NCBI GenBank assembly: GCA_963718235.1
Contig: CAVQYR010000002.1
Span: forward strand, 384,001-448,000
Origin: an uncultured Actinomycetota bacterium
GTDB taxonomy: Bacteria; Actinomycetota; Actinomycetes; JAHEKZ01
Direction: 5' to 3'
DNA length: 64,000 bases
Shown: positions 1 to 10,511 of the stretch, one piece after another
How the letters are laid out: every line of letters begins with the position of its first letter
Position numbering within the stretch: position 1 is the first letter of the stretch
Translations under genes and position numbers: made by a program
The notes under the pieces: model-generated
What the model was told of the DNA's origin: nothing
Seen by the model: the letters and a program-made list of their open reading frames with translations, nothing else
Database searches by the model: none

Positions 1-336
1 CTGGGTTGACATGATCGACAACAATCATGGTGGAGGACGCAGCGAGTTTGGGTGGCGATCACGCCCAAAACGACATCTGACCCCAAGGAAACGGATAGCG
101 CGTCAGCACAAGGACGGTCGCGGGTCGCCCGCGCCATGCAGTGAGCTTCTCTCCTGCATGCGGGTGGTGCTGCCCCAACCGCTGCGATGGTCATTCTCCG
201 CTTCGCGAAAGGTCCGTTTGGTACACAGCAAAGCTCGGCCCGCGACGCCGTGTCATCCTGCTGACCCTCCGAAAGCGTGTTAGGTGCAAGGCTGACTCCC
301 GAGCCTCACTACGGAGCAGGGGAACCGGAGGCGACT

Positions 337-951
337 GTGGACGACTGGTCGCGCAGGAGCAGGACGGACCGTCTCGCCGTGGCCACCGCGGCGGTTGACG
401 AGGTCGCGTCCGGTCCGGAGCACGAGTCGGTACGCGACCGTGGCGGGCATCGTGACGACGACTCCCTCAGCTTCGGCACGTTCTACGAACGCGAGATGCC
501 GCGGCTCGTCGCGCTCGCCCAGGCGCTGGCCGGGCCTTCGGTCGCCGACGACCTTGCGCAAGACGCGATGATCATCGCCTATCGGCGGTGGCGCGAGATC
601 AGCACGTACGACGATCCCCGGACGTGGGTACGACGCGTCTGCGCGAACGCCGCTGTCTCCCTGCTTCGGCGGCGCGCTGCGGAGGCACGAGCGCTGGTCC
701 GACTGAGCGCCCGGACGAGCGCGGTTTCCCAGATCGACTTGGACGAACCGGCTGCGAGGTTCTGGGCCCACGTGCGGCAACTTCCCCGACGCCAGGCTCA
801 GGCAATCGCCCTTCGCTACATCTACGACCTCGAAGTCGCCGACATCGCGGAGACGATGGGCTGCTCGGTCGGCACTGTGAAGGTCCACCTGAGTCGCGCT
901 CGCAGCACGCTAGCGAGTCGTCTCTCCATGAGTGAGGAGGACCAGGCATGA
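337..951 (+). CDS. ECF (SigE-family) RNA polymerase sigma factor
   Basis: Region 2 (ADDLAQDA...WVRRVCAN) and region 4 (LPRRQAQAIALRY...EVADIAETMGCSVGTVKVHLSRAR); GTG at 337 preceded by GGAGG. Confidence 0.9.
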   Translation: MDDWSRRSRTDRLAVATAAVDEVASGPEHESVRDRGGHRDDDSLSFGTFYEREMPRLVALAQALAGPSVADDLAQDAMIIAYRRWREISTYDDPRTWVRRVCANAAVSLLRRRAAEARALVRLSARTSAVSQIDLDEPAARFWAHVRQLPRRQAQAIALRYIYDLEVADIAETMGCSVGTVKVHLSRARSTLASRLSMSEEDQA

Positions 952-2103
952 GCCTCGACGAGCTGGCCAGGACGTCCACCGCGGCGTTGCTGGACGCAAC
1001 GGCGGCACGCACCGACACCGCGGCTGGCCAGGTTGCACTACGCCGCACCATGCGTCGTCGCCGCGTCGTGTCGATGGCCCTCGCGGCCGCTGGCACGGCG
1101 GCCGTCGTGGTCTTCGGATCACTGGTCCTCGTTCAGCCGACCCGTCAGTCACTGCCGCAACCGGCAGGGCCACCGGCGGACGGTCCTGGGCTGACCGCCC
1201 CGCTGGTCGCACCGACGTCGCTGCTGGACGTGCACGCTCTCGGTTTCCACGTCACACCTCTTCCCGGGTTCGACCCCAGCGGCCTGGGTGCCGGTTGGGG
1301 GCATCGACGGCGAGGGCCAGAGCGTGACGCTGCGGTGGGCCGATGTCGCCGACGTGGTGGAGGTCCACGTCGGGTACCAAGGGGCACCGGCTCCCGAACC
1401 GGGCCAGGAGTTCACCGATTGGTACCCAACAGCGGAAAAGCAAGTGACGATCCACGGGGCAGTGGGCCACTATTACGACGAGTTCGGCATCTACGGCCTC
1501 GGCGACAGTTACCGGGCACTGCTGACCTGGGAGTACGCGCCGGACTCGTGGGCCTCCGTGTCCGCTCACTCCGACCGGATGAGCCCGGGACCGGAGCGGC
1601 TGCGGTCGGCCCTGGTACAGGTCGCCGACGCGGTCCGGGCCGGTGGTGAGCCCGTGCAGGTGCCGATCCGCGCCGGCGCCTTCCCTCCATCCCTGCCCGC
1701 CGCATCGACCGTGAGCATGAGCTTTGGCATCGACGGGTGGGAGCCTGCCCTGGACTTCGGCCCACACCTCAGGTTCAGCGTCGGCCGCGTCGAAGTCCCG
1801 CAGGCGTGCCGGGGCTACGGCGGCTTTGTCGAGACCTTCACGTACCAGGGCCAAGCAGGGTGCCTGAACGGGTACGGCACGCCCGACGCACCGGGGACCG
1901 GCAGCGTCTACAGCAACTTCAACGCCGTCAGCCTGCAAGCCGGACACCTGGTCCGAACACTCGAGATCGTATCCAGCGACGACAGTTCTGCCCCCGAGAA
2001 TCAACTCGCAGACCTGAAGCAGGCCGTCGCAGGCCTCACCGTGGCACCTCTGGACGACCAGTCGACCTGGTTCGACCTGACGACCGCACTCGGCGGGAGT
2101 TAG
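948..2103 (+). pseudogene. Single-TM anti-sigma-like membrane protein, split by a +1 frameshift at the G5 run 1297-1301
   Basis: ATGA overlap with the sigma gene; RRRR followed by a hydrophobic TM helix. Coding-like sequence switches from ORF 948-1649 to ORF 1288-2103 at TGGGGGC; removing one G gives a continuous ~384 aa ORF. Confidence 0.65.
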
Positions 2104-2217
2104 GCGGGCGGGAGCAGCGGAGGCAGCGACCTTGCTCGGAACGTGATACCTAATGCCGGATATGGATCGGGGAGGTTCGACGGACCACGTCGGTGACGGG
2201 CCATCGGCCCGGATGAG

Positions 2218-3888
2218 TCACTCGTTCCGAAGCGCGTCGATGCGCGACAACAGCGCCTGGGTGGCCGGGTCGCCCCGGTAGGAAGCCGGGTCGGCGAGGG
2301 CGGGAACCAAGCCGCTGGCCATCTGCTTGCCTAGCTCGACCCCCCACTGGTCGAACGAGTCGATCCTCCAGACGACGCCTTCGGTGAACACCGTGTGCTC
2401 GTACAGAGCGACCAGCTGCCCGAGCACCCGCGGGGTCAGCTGCGGCGCCAGGATCACCGTGCTGGGGCGGTTGCCGGGCATCGTTCGATGCGGCACGAGG
2501 GCCGGTGGTACGTCGTGGGCGGCAAGGTCCTCGGCTCGCCGTCCGAAGGCCAAGGCCGCCGGCTGGGCCATGAAGTTGGCCAGCAGCAGTGAGTGCATGT
2601 CCCCGAGGTCGCGGCCCGGCTGGGGGTTGGCGAACCCGATGAAGTCACACGGCACCAGAACAGTTCCCTGGTGCAGCAGCTGGAAGAAGGCGTGCTGCCC
2701 GTCGGTGCCCGGTTCGCCCCAGACGACGCCTCCGGTCTGCCAGCGGACGGGTTCGCCGGCTGTGGTCACCGACTTGCCGTTGCTCTCCATGACCAGCTGC
2801 TGCAGGTAGGCGGGGAACCTCCCCAGTGCCTGGCTGTAGGGCAGAACTGCCTTGGTCTGGGCGCCGAAGTAGTTGCGGTACCACACCGAGAACAGCCCGA
2901 GCATGGCGACGGCGTTGCGTTCGTACGGGGTCTCGGCGAAGTGGGTGTCGACGGCGTGGAAGCCGTGGAGCATCTCGGCGAAGCGCCGGGGGCCGATCGC
3001 CAGCATCAGGGACAGACCCACCGCGCTGTCCACGGAGTACCGGCCGCCGACCCAGTCCCAGAAGCCGAACATGCTGGCCCGGTCGATCCCGAAGGACGAG
3101 ACGAGGTCGGCGGCGGTCGACACGGCGACGAAGTGCGAGGCAACGGCGGTCTCGCCGAGGGCAGCCACGAGCCAGGCCCGGGCTTGTGTCGCGTTGGCCA
3201 GGGTCTCTGACGTGGTGAACGTCTTGGACACGATGACGAAGAGCGTGCTGGCGGGGTCGGACTCGGCCAGGACCTGGCTGAGTGCCCCTGGGTCGACGTT
3301 GGCCACGAAGCGCAGCTGCAGGTCAGGGTGCGCGTAGGCGTCGAGCGCCTGCACGGCCATCCGTGGCCCGAGGTCGGACCCGCCGATCCCGATGTTGACC
3401 ACGGTCCTGATCGGGCTGCCGGTGGCGCCGCGCCAGCGACCCTCCCGGACGTCTTCGGCGAACGACGCCATGGCGTCCAGCACCGCGTGGACCTCGGAGG
3501 TGACGTCACTCCCGTCGACCTGTAGAGACTCAGCGCGGGGCAGCCGCAGGGCCGTGTGCAAGGCGGCCCGCCCTTCGCTGACGTTGACCGGTGCACCGGC
3601 GAACAGGTCCTGCGTCCGTTCGCGCAGTCCCACGCGTTCGGCAAGCGACGCGAGTAGCTGCATCGTGTGGGGAGTGGCCCGGTTCCGCGAGAAGTCGATG
3701 GTGAGATCGGCCACCTGCAACGTCATGGACGCTGTGCGGTCGGGGTCCTCGGCGAACAACGCGCGCAGGTGGGTGGCCGCGATCTCGGAGTGGTGCGCCC
3801 GCAGCGCCTCACCCTCGGCCGTGGTGAACGCGTTGGCGGGACGGTCGGACGAAGAGGACCCGGTGGCTCGGCCGACGCTGCTGCTCAC
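2218..3888 (-). CDS. pgi: Glucose-6-phosphate isomerase
   Basis: Motifs [44 protein letters not shown]. Confidence 0.97.
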   Translation of the reverse strand: MSSSVGRATGSSSSDRPANAFTTAEGEALRAHHSEIAATHLRALFAEDPDRTASMTLQVADLTIDFSRNRATPHTMQLLASLAERVGLRERTQDLFAGAPVNVSEGRAALHTALRLPRAESLQVDGSDVTSEVHAVLDAMASFAEDVREGRWRGATGSPIRTVVNIGIGGSDLGPRMAVQALDAYAHPDLQLRFVANVDPGALSQVLAESDPASTLFVIVSKTFTTSETLANATQARAWLVAALGETAVASHFVAVSTAADLVSSFGIDRASMFGFWDWVGGRYSVDSAVGLSLMLAIGPRRFAEMLHGFHAVDTHFAETPYERNAVAMLGLFSVWYRNYFGAQTKAVLPYSQALGRFPAYLQQLVMESNGKSVTTAGEPVRWQTGGVVWGEPGTDGQHAFFQLLHQGTVLVPCDFIGFANPQPGRDLGDMHSLLLANFMAQPAALAFGRRAEDLAAHDVPPALVPHRTMPGNRPSTVILAPQLTPRVLGQLVALYEHTVFTEGVVWRIDSFDQWGVELGKQMASGLVPALADPASYRGDPATQALLSRIDALRNE

Positions 3889-3926
3889 AGGGCGACCCTA
3901 GTGAATGCGAGGGCCGTGGCGCCGCC

Positions 3927-4739
3927 TCAGTTGAGCCGGGCGCGCGCGCTGCGCGCCAGTCGACGCACCTCGTCGGCCTCGGCTGGGTCGGCCGGCGCCA
4001 CGAGGTCGGCGTACTCCTCCAGCGCCGTAGCTCCCTCGACGAACCCACCGAGCTGGACCATGACCGTCCCGTGCTCCTTGCGAAGGGAGAGGGGGTGGCG
4101 GGGCAGGTCGAGGTTCCGCTCGATCGCCCACCGGCGAACGGGCAGGCGTTCGGGCCGGTCGGCCCAGCGCCTCACGTTGGCCAGGATCCGCTGCAGGATC
4201 TCTACCGCCTCCCAGGGCCGCAGAGCGGTCGGCTCGGGCGCGGCACCGGTGGCCCGCTCGACGAGCTCCACGACGTCGACCGGTCGCAGGAGTCGCCCGC
4301 CGGCGAACGGGTCGACGACCTGGTGGTACCCGTCCGGGTCGCCGAGGCCGACCACGAAGTGGCCCGGCAGCCCGATCCCGTACGCGGGGATCGAGACCCG
4401 GCGGGCGACCTCCAGCCAGACCACGCTGAGCAGGATGGGCAGCCCTCGCTGACGGTCGAGCACGTCAGGGAGCAGGCTGGCCCGAAGGTCGCGGTAGTCG
4501 CTGGCGTCGCCGCTGAAGTGCCCGAGCGCCCGTCGCAGCCGCGAGGACGCCTCCCCGGACTCCGGCACCCGCGCCGCGAGGTCGTCCAGCGCGGCGAGGC
4601 CTCGTACGACCGTCTGCTGCGCGACCCCGGTCCGGCCGTTCGTGCTGGACAGGTCCGCGGCGAGCAAGAGGCAGGCCAGCCCGAGGTCCGGTCGCTCGCC
4701 GCGGACGGCGTCGCGGAAGGCTGCGCTCTCGCTGCTCAT
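3927..4739 (-). CDS. SirB1-like transglutaminase-core protein with C-terminal TPR-like helices
   Basis: LPDVLDRQRGLPILLSVVWLEVARR...GIGLPGHFVVG...DPF motif typical of the family. Confidence 0.8.
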   Translation of the reverse strand: MSSESAAFRDAVRGERPDLGLACLLLAADLSSTNGRTGVAQQTVVRGLAALDDLAARVPESGEASSRLRRALGHFSGDASDYRDLRASLLPDVLDRQRGLPILLSVVWLEVARRVSIPAYGIGLPGHFVVGLGDPDGYHQVVDPFAGGRLLRPVDVVELVERATGAAPEPTALRPWEAVEILQRILANVRRWADRPERLPVRRWAIERNLDLPRHPLSLRKEHGTVMVQLGGFVEGATALEEYADLVAPADPAEADEVRRLARSARARLN

Positions 4740-5737
4740 CGCGGAGGGTCGTACAGCCGGCGGTAGTGGTAGCGGTGGTGGTCCACGAACCCGAGCTGTG
4801 CGTAGAGGGCCCGCGCCGCGACGTTGTCCTCGGCGACCTGGAGGTAGGCGAAGCGCGCGCCGTGGCGCTGGGCGTGGCCCAGGAGCCCGAGCACGACGTG
4901 GCGGCCCAGCCCGCGTCTGCGGAAGGCCTCGGCCACGTCGACCGCCGTGATCCCGAGCCAGCTCGGCGTCAGTGCACCGCGCGCGATCGCCACGGGGGTG
5001 GGCGGGTCATCGGGGACCGTCACCAAGGCGAACACTGGGTGCTCGGCCCGGGTGAGGACCTCCTGCGCTCCGGTCGGCAGCGGGGCACCCGCATAGCGGT
5101 ACACCGACGTCCAGTCGCGGCTGGGGTGATCGGAGAACGTGACCGTGGGCAGGGTGCCGCTGGGCTCGTGCCCGATGAGCGCGGCCGCGATGTCGACCAC
5201 CTGGACGAGCACCGGGGACTCGGCCACCCAGCCGGCAGCGGCGAGCCGATCGTCCAGCGTCTGCGCCCACGGAAGGGCAACCTGCACCGTCGGGACCAGC
5301 CGCCGCGCGCGGTACCACTGGGCGACCTGCTCGAGCGCCGTCGGCCAGTCGCAGCCCGGGTCGGCCAGCGCCAGGGTCGAGTTGGCCCGCCCGGTGAAAC
5401 CGTTCGCAGCACGAAGGACCCAGCCCCCCAGCTGCTCGGACTCCAGCGGTTGCCACCCTTCGGCCGCGATCCGCTCGAGTGTGGCCGGGTCGACGTCGAC
5501 CGCTCGGCGCAGTCGGGTCGGCGTGTCGGGGACGGTCCGCGCCGCCACCACGGAACCGGGGGTGATCGTCACCTCCGAACCGTCGCGCCTGCGGACCCGC
5601 CAGACCAGGTCGTCCAGGGCGACCAGCGTGCCCACGACGTCGCGGAACCGGGGCCGGCCGTCGGGTTCGACGACGTCCGGTGCGTGGACCCGGACCGACA
5701 CCCGGGACCCCACGTCGGCCGGTCCGAAGTGAGGCAC
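4736..5737 (-). CDS. GNAT family N-acetyltransferase
   Basis: RAANGFTGRANS and acetyl-CoA motif RRRGLGR...AYLQVAEDNVAARALY; start inferred at GTG 5737. Confidence 0.85.
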   Translation of the reverse strand: MPHFGPADVGSRVSVRVHAPDVVEPDGRPRFRDVVGTLVALDDLVWRVRRRDGSEVTITPGSVVAARTVPDTPTRLRRAVDVDPATLERIAAEGWQPLESEQLGGWVLRAANGFTGRANSTLALADPGCDWPTALEQVAQWYRARRLVPTVQVALPWAQTLDDRLAAAGWVAESPVLVQVVDIAAALIGHEPSGTLPTVTFSDHPSRDWTSVYRYAGAPLPTGAQEVLTRAEHPVFALVTVPDDPPTPVAIARGALTPSWLGITAVDVAEAFRRRGLGRHVVLGLLGHAQRHGARFAYLQVAEDNVAARALYAQLGFVDHHRYHYRRLYDPPR

Positions 5738-5807
5738 GCCTACCCCCGTTCGGTGATCCGACGCCAACATCCGTGATACTAGGTGGGCCAAAGTCCAGGA
5801 GGAGATC

Positions 5808-6134
5808 GTGACCTACGTCATCGCTCAGCCGTGCGTCGACATCCTCGACAAGGGGTGCGTCGAGGAGTGCCCGGTCGACTGCATCTACGAGGGCGGACGG
5901 ATGCTCTACATCCAGCCCGACGAGTGCGTCGACTGCGGAGCCTGCGAGCCGGTGTGCCCGGTCGAGGCGATCTTCTACGAGGACGACCTTCCCGAGCAGT
6001 GGAAGGACTTCTACAAGGCCAACGTCGAGTTCTTCGACGACCTCGGCTCCCCCGGCGGCGCCGCCAAGACCGGCAAGATCGAGAAGGACCACCCCGTCGT
6101 CATGGCCGTGCCGCCGCAGGGTGGCGACCACTGA
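5808..6134 (+). CDS. fdxA: 7Fe ferredoxin (3Fe-4S/4Fe-4S)
   Basis: CVD...CVEECPVDCIY...ECVDCGACEPVCPV; AGGAGG RBS; sits upstream of dapC as in other actinobacteria. Confidence 0.96.
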   Translation: MTYVIAQPCVDILDKGCVEECPVDCIYEGGRMLYIQPDECVDCGACEPVCPVEAIFYEDDLPEQWKDFYKANVEFFDDLGSPGGAAKTGKIEKDHPVVMAVPPQGGDH

Positions 6135-6136
6135 CG

Positions 6137-7228
6137 GTGCGTCCGCACCAGCTGCCCGTCTTCCCCTGGGACACCCTGGCGCCCTACGGCGACCGGGCGC
6201 GGGCCCATCCCGGTGGGCTCGTCGACCTGTCGATCGGCACGCCGGTCGACCCGGTGCCCGAGGTGGTGCAAGCAGCGCTGTGCGCCGCCTCCGACCGGCC
6301 CGGCTACCCGTCGACGCACGGAACCGGCGCCCTGCGCGAGGCGGCCGTGGGATGGCTTCGCCGCCGGCTGGGCGTCGTCGGCATCGACCGTGATGCCGTG
6401 CTGCCGGTGATCGGCAGCAAGGAGTTCGTGGCGTCGGCGCCGTCGCTGCTGGGCCTGGGGCCGTCGGACACGGTGGTGGTGCCCGAGCTGGCCTACCCGA
6501 CGTACGACGTGGGCGCTCGGCTGGCCGGAGCCAGTGTGGCGGTGAGTGACTCGCTCGTCGCCCTCGGACCCGCGGCCGTCTCGGTGGTCTGGGTCAACTC
6601 GCCGTCCAACCCGACCGGGCGGGTGCTGCCGGCCGAGCACCTGCGCAAGGTGGTCGCGTGGGCGCGTGAGCGTGGCGCCGTCGTCGTCAGCGACGAGTGC
6701 TACGTCGAGCTGGGGTGGGACGCCGCCCCCGTCTCGCTGCTGCACCCGGACGTGTGCGGGGGGTCGATGGACGGGCTGCTCGCCGTCCACTCGCTGTCCA
6801 AGCGGTCCAACCTCGCCGGCTACCGGGCGGGGTTCGTGACGGGCGACCCGACCCTGGTCGCCTCGATGCTGGAGGTGCGCAAGCACGCGGGGCTGATGAT
6901 GCCGGCCCCGGTGCAGGCCGCAATGACGGCAGCCCTCGACGACGATGACCACGTGCGGGTGCAGCGCTCGCTGTACCGGGCGCGACGCGAGCTCCTAGGG
7001 GCCGCGCTGGTCGAGGCCGGGTTCCGGATCGACCACAGTGAGGCGGGTCTGTACCTGTGGGCCACCCGGGGGGAGCCGTGCTGGGACACGGTGGCCTGGT
7101 TGGCCGACCGCGGCGTCCTGGTCGCGCCAGGGACGTTCTACGGCGTGGCCGGGGCCGAGCACGTGCGAGTGGCCCTGACCGCGACCGACCACTCGGTCGA
7201 GGCGGGCGCGCAGCGTCTGCTCAGCTGA
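6137..7228 (+). CDS. dapC: Succinyldiaminopimelate transaminase
   Basis: LPVFPWD, DLSIGTPVDP, NSPSNPTG, SDECY, HSLSKRSNLAGYRAG; follows fdxA. Confidence 0.93.
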   Translation: MRPHQLPVFPWDTLAPYGDRARAHPGGLVDLSIGTPVDPVPEVVQAALCAASDRPGYPSTHGTGALREAAVGWLRRRLGVVGIDRDAVLPVIGSKEFVASAPSLLGLGPSDTVVVPELAYPTYDVGARLAGASVAVSDSLVALGPAAVSVVWVNSPSNPTGRVLPAEHLRKVVAWARERGAVVVSDECYVELGWDAAPVSLLHPDVCGGSMDGLLAVHSLSKRSNLAGYRAGFVTGDPTLVASMLEVRKHAGLMMPAPVQAAMTAALDDDDHVRVQRSLYRARRELLGAALVEAGFRIDHSEAGLYLWATRGEPCWDTVAWLADRGVLVAPGTFYGVAGAEHVRVALTATDHSVEAGAQRLLS

Positions 7229-8216
7229 CCCCCTCGACGACGTCGACGTGCACGTGGTCGAGGTGGCGGTTGACCGGGTCCTTGGGGTTCCCGAAGGGTG
7301 ACGTGTAGGCACGCCAGCCCTCAGGAGAGCGGGCGGTGGACCAGATGTGGTCGTCGAAGATGACCACGGCCAGGTCGAGCTCGTCGGCGTGGGCGACCAG
7401 CCAGTGCGCGAGCACCCAGCCACTGCGGCGTTGGTCGGGGTCGTCGTACGGCCGGAAGAACACGTCGAGGGCGCGCCCGTCGTTGTGCGCGGAGGGGTTC
7501 GCGCGCTTGACGCCTCCTGGGGCGAACCCACCCATGGGCAGATCGCCGAACGATGCCGTGATGGCCCCGCGGAGCCGCTCGGCCCGCGGGGTCAGACCGC
7601 TGTCCTGCTCGCGCTGCACCGACACGGTCTCGGCGCGGACCGTGCAGGTGACCGAGGCAGCCTCGTCGCCGGTGAACGCCGCGGCGAGCACCTTCGCCTC
7701 GTCGGCGTGCTGCTGGTAGGCATCGGGGAAGGCGCTGCGCTGGACCGCCTGCGCCGCCTGGGTGACGGCCAGCTCCTGCCAGTTCGGCACCTGCACCAGG
7801 GCCTCGTAGAACCGGCTCGCGCTGTACTGGGGGTCGGTGATCTGCTCGAACGAGCCCCACCCCTGCGAGGGACGCTGCTGGAACAGCCCGGCGCTGTCGC
7901 GGTCGCCGTGAGGCAGGTTGAACAGGTCGGACTCCTGGTACGCCGTCGCGAGCGCCACGGTGACCGCCCGCTGGGGCAGGCCCCGGCGCACGGCCTCCAG
8001 GGTGATGGTCGAGGCATTGCCCGCCTGCTCGGGGGCCAAGGTGACCTGGTCGCCGTCGGCGCTCACGGTGCACTGCTCGCGACCGACCAGGGGACCGATG
8101 CCGCCGTTCCACCACACCAGCGCCGCGCCCACGACGCCGAGCACGGTCACCAGCGCGAGGGCGCTGACACCGAGTCCGAGCAGCCCGCGACGGCGGGGTG
8201 GGGCGCTTGTGGTCAC
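7221..8216 (-). CDS. Membrane-anchored secreted protein, putative peptidoglycan hydrolase
   Basis: N-terminal TM; QES...GDRDSAGLFQQRPSQGWG lysozyme-like segment; C-terminal SAH..GRALD...HLDHVH metallopeptidase-like segment. Confidence 0.65.
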   Translation of the reverse strand: MTTSAPPRRRGLLGLGVSALALVTVLGVVGAALVWWNGGIGPLVGREQCTVSADGDQVTLAPEQAGNASTITLEAVRRGLPQRAVTVALATAYQESDLFNLPHGDRDSAGLFQQRPSQGWGSFEQITDPQYSASRFYEALVQVPNWQELAVTQAAQAVQRSAFPDAYQQHADEAKVLAAAFTGDEAASVTCTVRAETVSVQREQDSGLTPRAERLRGAITASFGDLPMGGFAPGGVKRANPSAHNDGRALDVFFRPYDDPDQRRSGWVLAHWLVAHADELDLAVVIFDDHIWSTARSPEGWRAYTSPFGNPKDPVNRHLDHVHVDVVEGVS

Positions 8217-8272
8217 CCAAGAAGTGTGCGGGAGGGCGGGCGCCGTCCCCAAATCGACGGCGCGCCGGAGCC

Positions 8273-8338
8273 TTTGCTGGTCTTCGCGTGGCTTTGCTGG
8301 CCGTGGGCCACCCGCAAAGCGTGCCGGCGACCAGCAAA
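8273..8338. repeat. Nested imperfect palindrome (REP-like element or bidirectional terminator)
   Basis: TTTGCTGGTC (8273-8282)/GACCAGCAAA (8329-8338) enclose GCTTTGC/GCAAAGC and TGGCC/GGCCA. Confidence 0.6.
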
Positions 8339-8385
8339 CCTGATCGTGGGCCCTGCTCGTGGGCCTGACCGTGGGTGCGGCGGGG

Positions 8386-9405
8386 TCAGGTGTTGGCGTG
8401 CAGGGCGGCGTCGAACGCGCCCCACGTGGTCGACCGGGCCACCACCTCGACCGCGCCGGTGGTCGAGTTGCGGCGGAACAGCAGTCCGGCGCGCCCGGAC
8501 AGGTCGCGGGCCTTCACGACCCCGCCGTCCGGGGTGGCCACCTTGGTGCCCGCCGTGACGTACAGCCCGGCCTCGACGACGCAGTCGTCGCCGAGCGAGA
8601 TGCCCACACCTGCGTTGGCCCCGACGAGGCAGCGCCGGCCGATCGAGATGACCTGGGTCCCGCCACCGGACAGGGTGCCCATGATCGAGGCTCCGCCCCC
8701 GATGTCGGAGCCGTCGGCGACCACCACTCCGGCACTGATCCGACCCTCGACCATCGAGGCACCGAGGGTGCCGGCATTGAAGTTGACGAATCCCTCGTGC
8801 ATCACCGTGGTGCCCTCGGCCAGGTGCGCACCGAGGCGCACGCGGTCGGCGTCGGCGATCCGCACGCCCGTGGGGACGACGTAGTCGACCATCCGCGGGA
8901 ACTTGTCGACCCCGTGGACCGTGACCGGGCCGCGCGCCCGGAGGCGCATCCGTACCGTCTCGAAGGAGTCGACCGCGCAGGGCCCGTGGTTCGTCCAGAC
9001 GACGTTGCTCAACAGCCCGAAGAGACCGTCCAGGTTGACCTGGCGCGGCTGCACCAGTCGGTGGGACAGCAGGTGCAGCCGCAGGTACACGTCGTACGCG
9101 TCGACTGGGGGAGCGTCGAGGTCCGGCAGCCGCACCGCCACCAGGTGCTGGGTCACCGCGCGGGCGGGGTCGGGACCCAGGGGCAGTGGCCCCGATGTCT
9201 CGAAGAGCTCGTCGGCGTGACTCGCCCGCAGGACGTGGGTGCCCGTGGAGTCCAGGCCGAGCCGATCTCCGAGCGCTTGGTCCCAGCCGAGGCCGACCCT
9301 GGGGAACCAGACGTCGAGCACCCGGCCGGCGTCGCCGGCTCCGTCGGTCAGGGTCGCGATGCCGAAACCGTGCGCGGCTCGGGGCGTCGAGGTCGGAGAA
9401 GTCAC
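8386..9405 (-). CDS. dapD: Tetrahydrodipicolinate N-succinyltransferase (actinobacterial type)
   Basis: [45 protein letters not shown], hexapeptide repeats, LLFRRNS. Confidence 0.96.
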   Translation of the reverse strand: MTSPTSTPRAAHGFGIATLTDGAGDAGRVLDVWFPRVGLGWDQALGDRLGLDSTGTHVLRASHADELFETSGPLPLGPDPARAVTQHLVAVRLPDLDAPPVDAYDVYLRLHLLSHRLVQPRQVNLDGLFGLLSNVVWTNHGPCAVDSFETVRMRLRARGPVTVHGVDKFPRMVDYVVPTGVRIADADRVRLGAHLAEGTTVMHEGFVNFNAGTLGASMVEGRISAGVVVADGSDIGGGASIMGTLSGGGTQVISIGRRCLVGANAGVGISLGDDCVVEAGLYVTAGTKVATPDGGVVKARDLSGRAGLLFRRNSTTGAVEVVARSTTWGAFDAALHANT

Positions 9406-9422
9406 CCGGCTACGGTACCGAC
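9406..9422. promoter_or_regulatory. Overlapping bidirectional -10 elements for leaderless dapD and dapE
   Basis: TACGGT (+, 9411-9416) lies 6 nt before dapE GTG; TACCGT (-, 9412-9417) lies 6 nt before dapD GTG; no room for an SD. Confidence 0.65.
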
Positions 9423-10511
9423 GTGACCCCTCTCGACCTGTCCCAGGACGTCGTCTCGCTCACCGCGGCCCTGGTCGACGTCTACTCCGAGTCCGGTCAC
9501 GAGACCGCGCTGACCGACCTGGTGGAGCAGGCGCTGCGCGCGCGCACCGACCTCACGGTCGACCGTGACGGCGACGCCGTCGTGGCGCGCACGGCCCTGG
9601 GCCGTGCGGAGCGGGTGGTGCTGGCCGGCCACCTCGACACCGTGCCGCCCGCGGACAACCTGCCCTCGCGTCGGGTCGCCGACCAGCTGTACGGCCTGGG
9701 CAGTGCCGACATGAAGAGTGGGGTGGCGGTCATGCTCCGGCTGGCGGCCACGCTCGGCGACGGCCCGCGCGACCTCACCTACGTGTTCTACGACGGCGAG
9801 GAGGTCGAGGCCGAGCGCAACGGCCTGCTCCGGCTGAGCCGCACGAAGCCGGAGTGGCTGAGGGCCGACTTCGCGGTGCTGCTGGAGCCGACCGACGGGG
9901 TGCTCGAGGGGGGGTGCCAGGGCTCCATGCGGATGGACGTCACGGTGACCGGACGCCGGGCGCACAGTGCCCGCTCGTGGTTGGGCAGCAACGCGATCCA
10001 CGCGGCGGCGCCGGTGCTCGACCTGCTGCGGTCGGTGACCCCTCGCGAACCCGTCGTCGACGGACTGCAGTTTCGCGAAGGGATCAACGCCGTCGGGATC
10101 CGTGGTGGGGTGGCCGGCAACGTGGTCCCCGACGAGTGCGTCGTCACCGTCAACTACCGGTTCGCCCCCGATCGCTCCGAGCGCGAGGCAGAGGACTTCC
10201 TGCGCGACCTGTTCCAGGGCTACGCCGTGGCCGTCACCGACTCCTCACCGGCAGCCCGCCCGGGTCTGGACCACGCGGTGGCCCAGCAGCTGCTGACCGC
10301 CATCGGGGGGACACCCCGGGCGAAGTTCGGCTGGACCGACGTGGCGCGCTTCAGCGCCCTGGGCGTGCCGGCGGTCAACTACGGGCCGGGGGACCCGTCG
10401 GTGTCGCACACCCCGGGCGAGCACGTGGCCGTCGACCAGGTCGCAGACGTCGAGTCACGCCTGCGCGCCTGGCTGACGGCCCAGCCCCCGCTGCGGGTCA
10501 GCCCTGCCTGA
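9423..10511 (+). CDS. dapE: Succinyl-diaminopimelate desuccinylase
   Basis: M20 motifs [51 protein letters not shown]. Confidence 0.95.
   Translation: MTPLDLSQDVVSLTAALVDVYSESGHETALTDLVEQALRARTDLTVDRDGDAVVARTALGRAERVVLAGHLDTVPPADNLPSRRVADQLYGLGSADMKSGVAVMLRLAATLGDGPRDLTYVFYDGEEVEAERNGLLRLSRTKPEWLRADFAVLLEPTDGVLEGGCQGSMRMDVTVTGRRAHSARSWLGSNAIHAAAPVLDLLRSVTPREPVVDGLQFREGINAVGIRGGVAGNVVPDECVVTVNYRFAPDRSEREAEDFLRDLFQGYAVAVTDSSPAARPGLDHAVAQQLLTAIGGTPRAKFGWTDVARFSALGVPAVNYGPGDPSVSHTPGEHVAVDQVADVESRLRAWLTAQPPLRVSPA

Noticed and set aside
200-245. GAAA...GCAAAGC resembling a c-di-GMP-I riboswitch
   Set aside because: It lacks the GGCAAAC and GGGAC flanks and the required pairings
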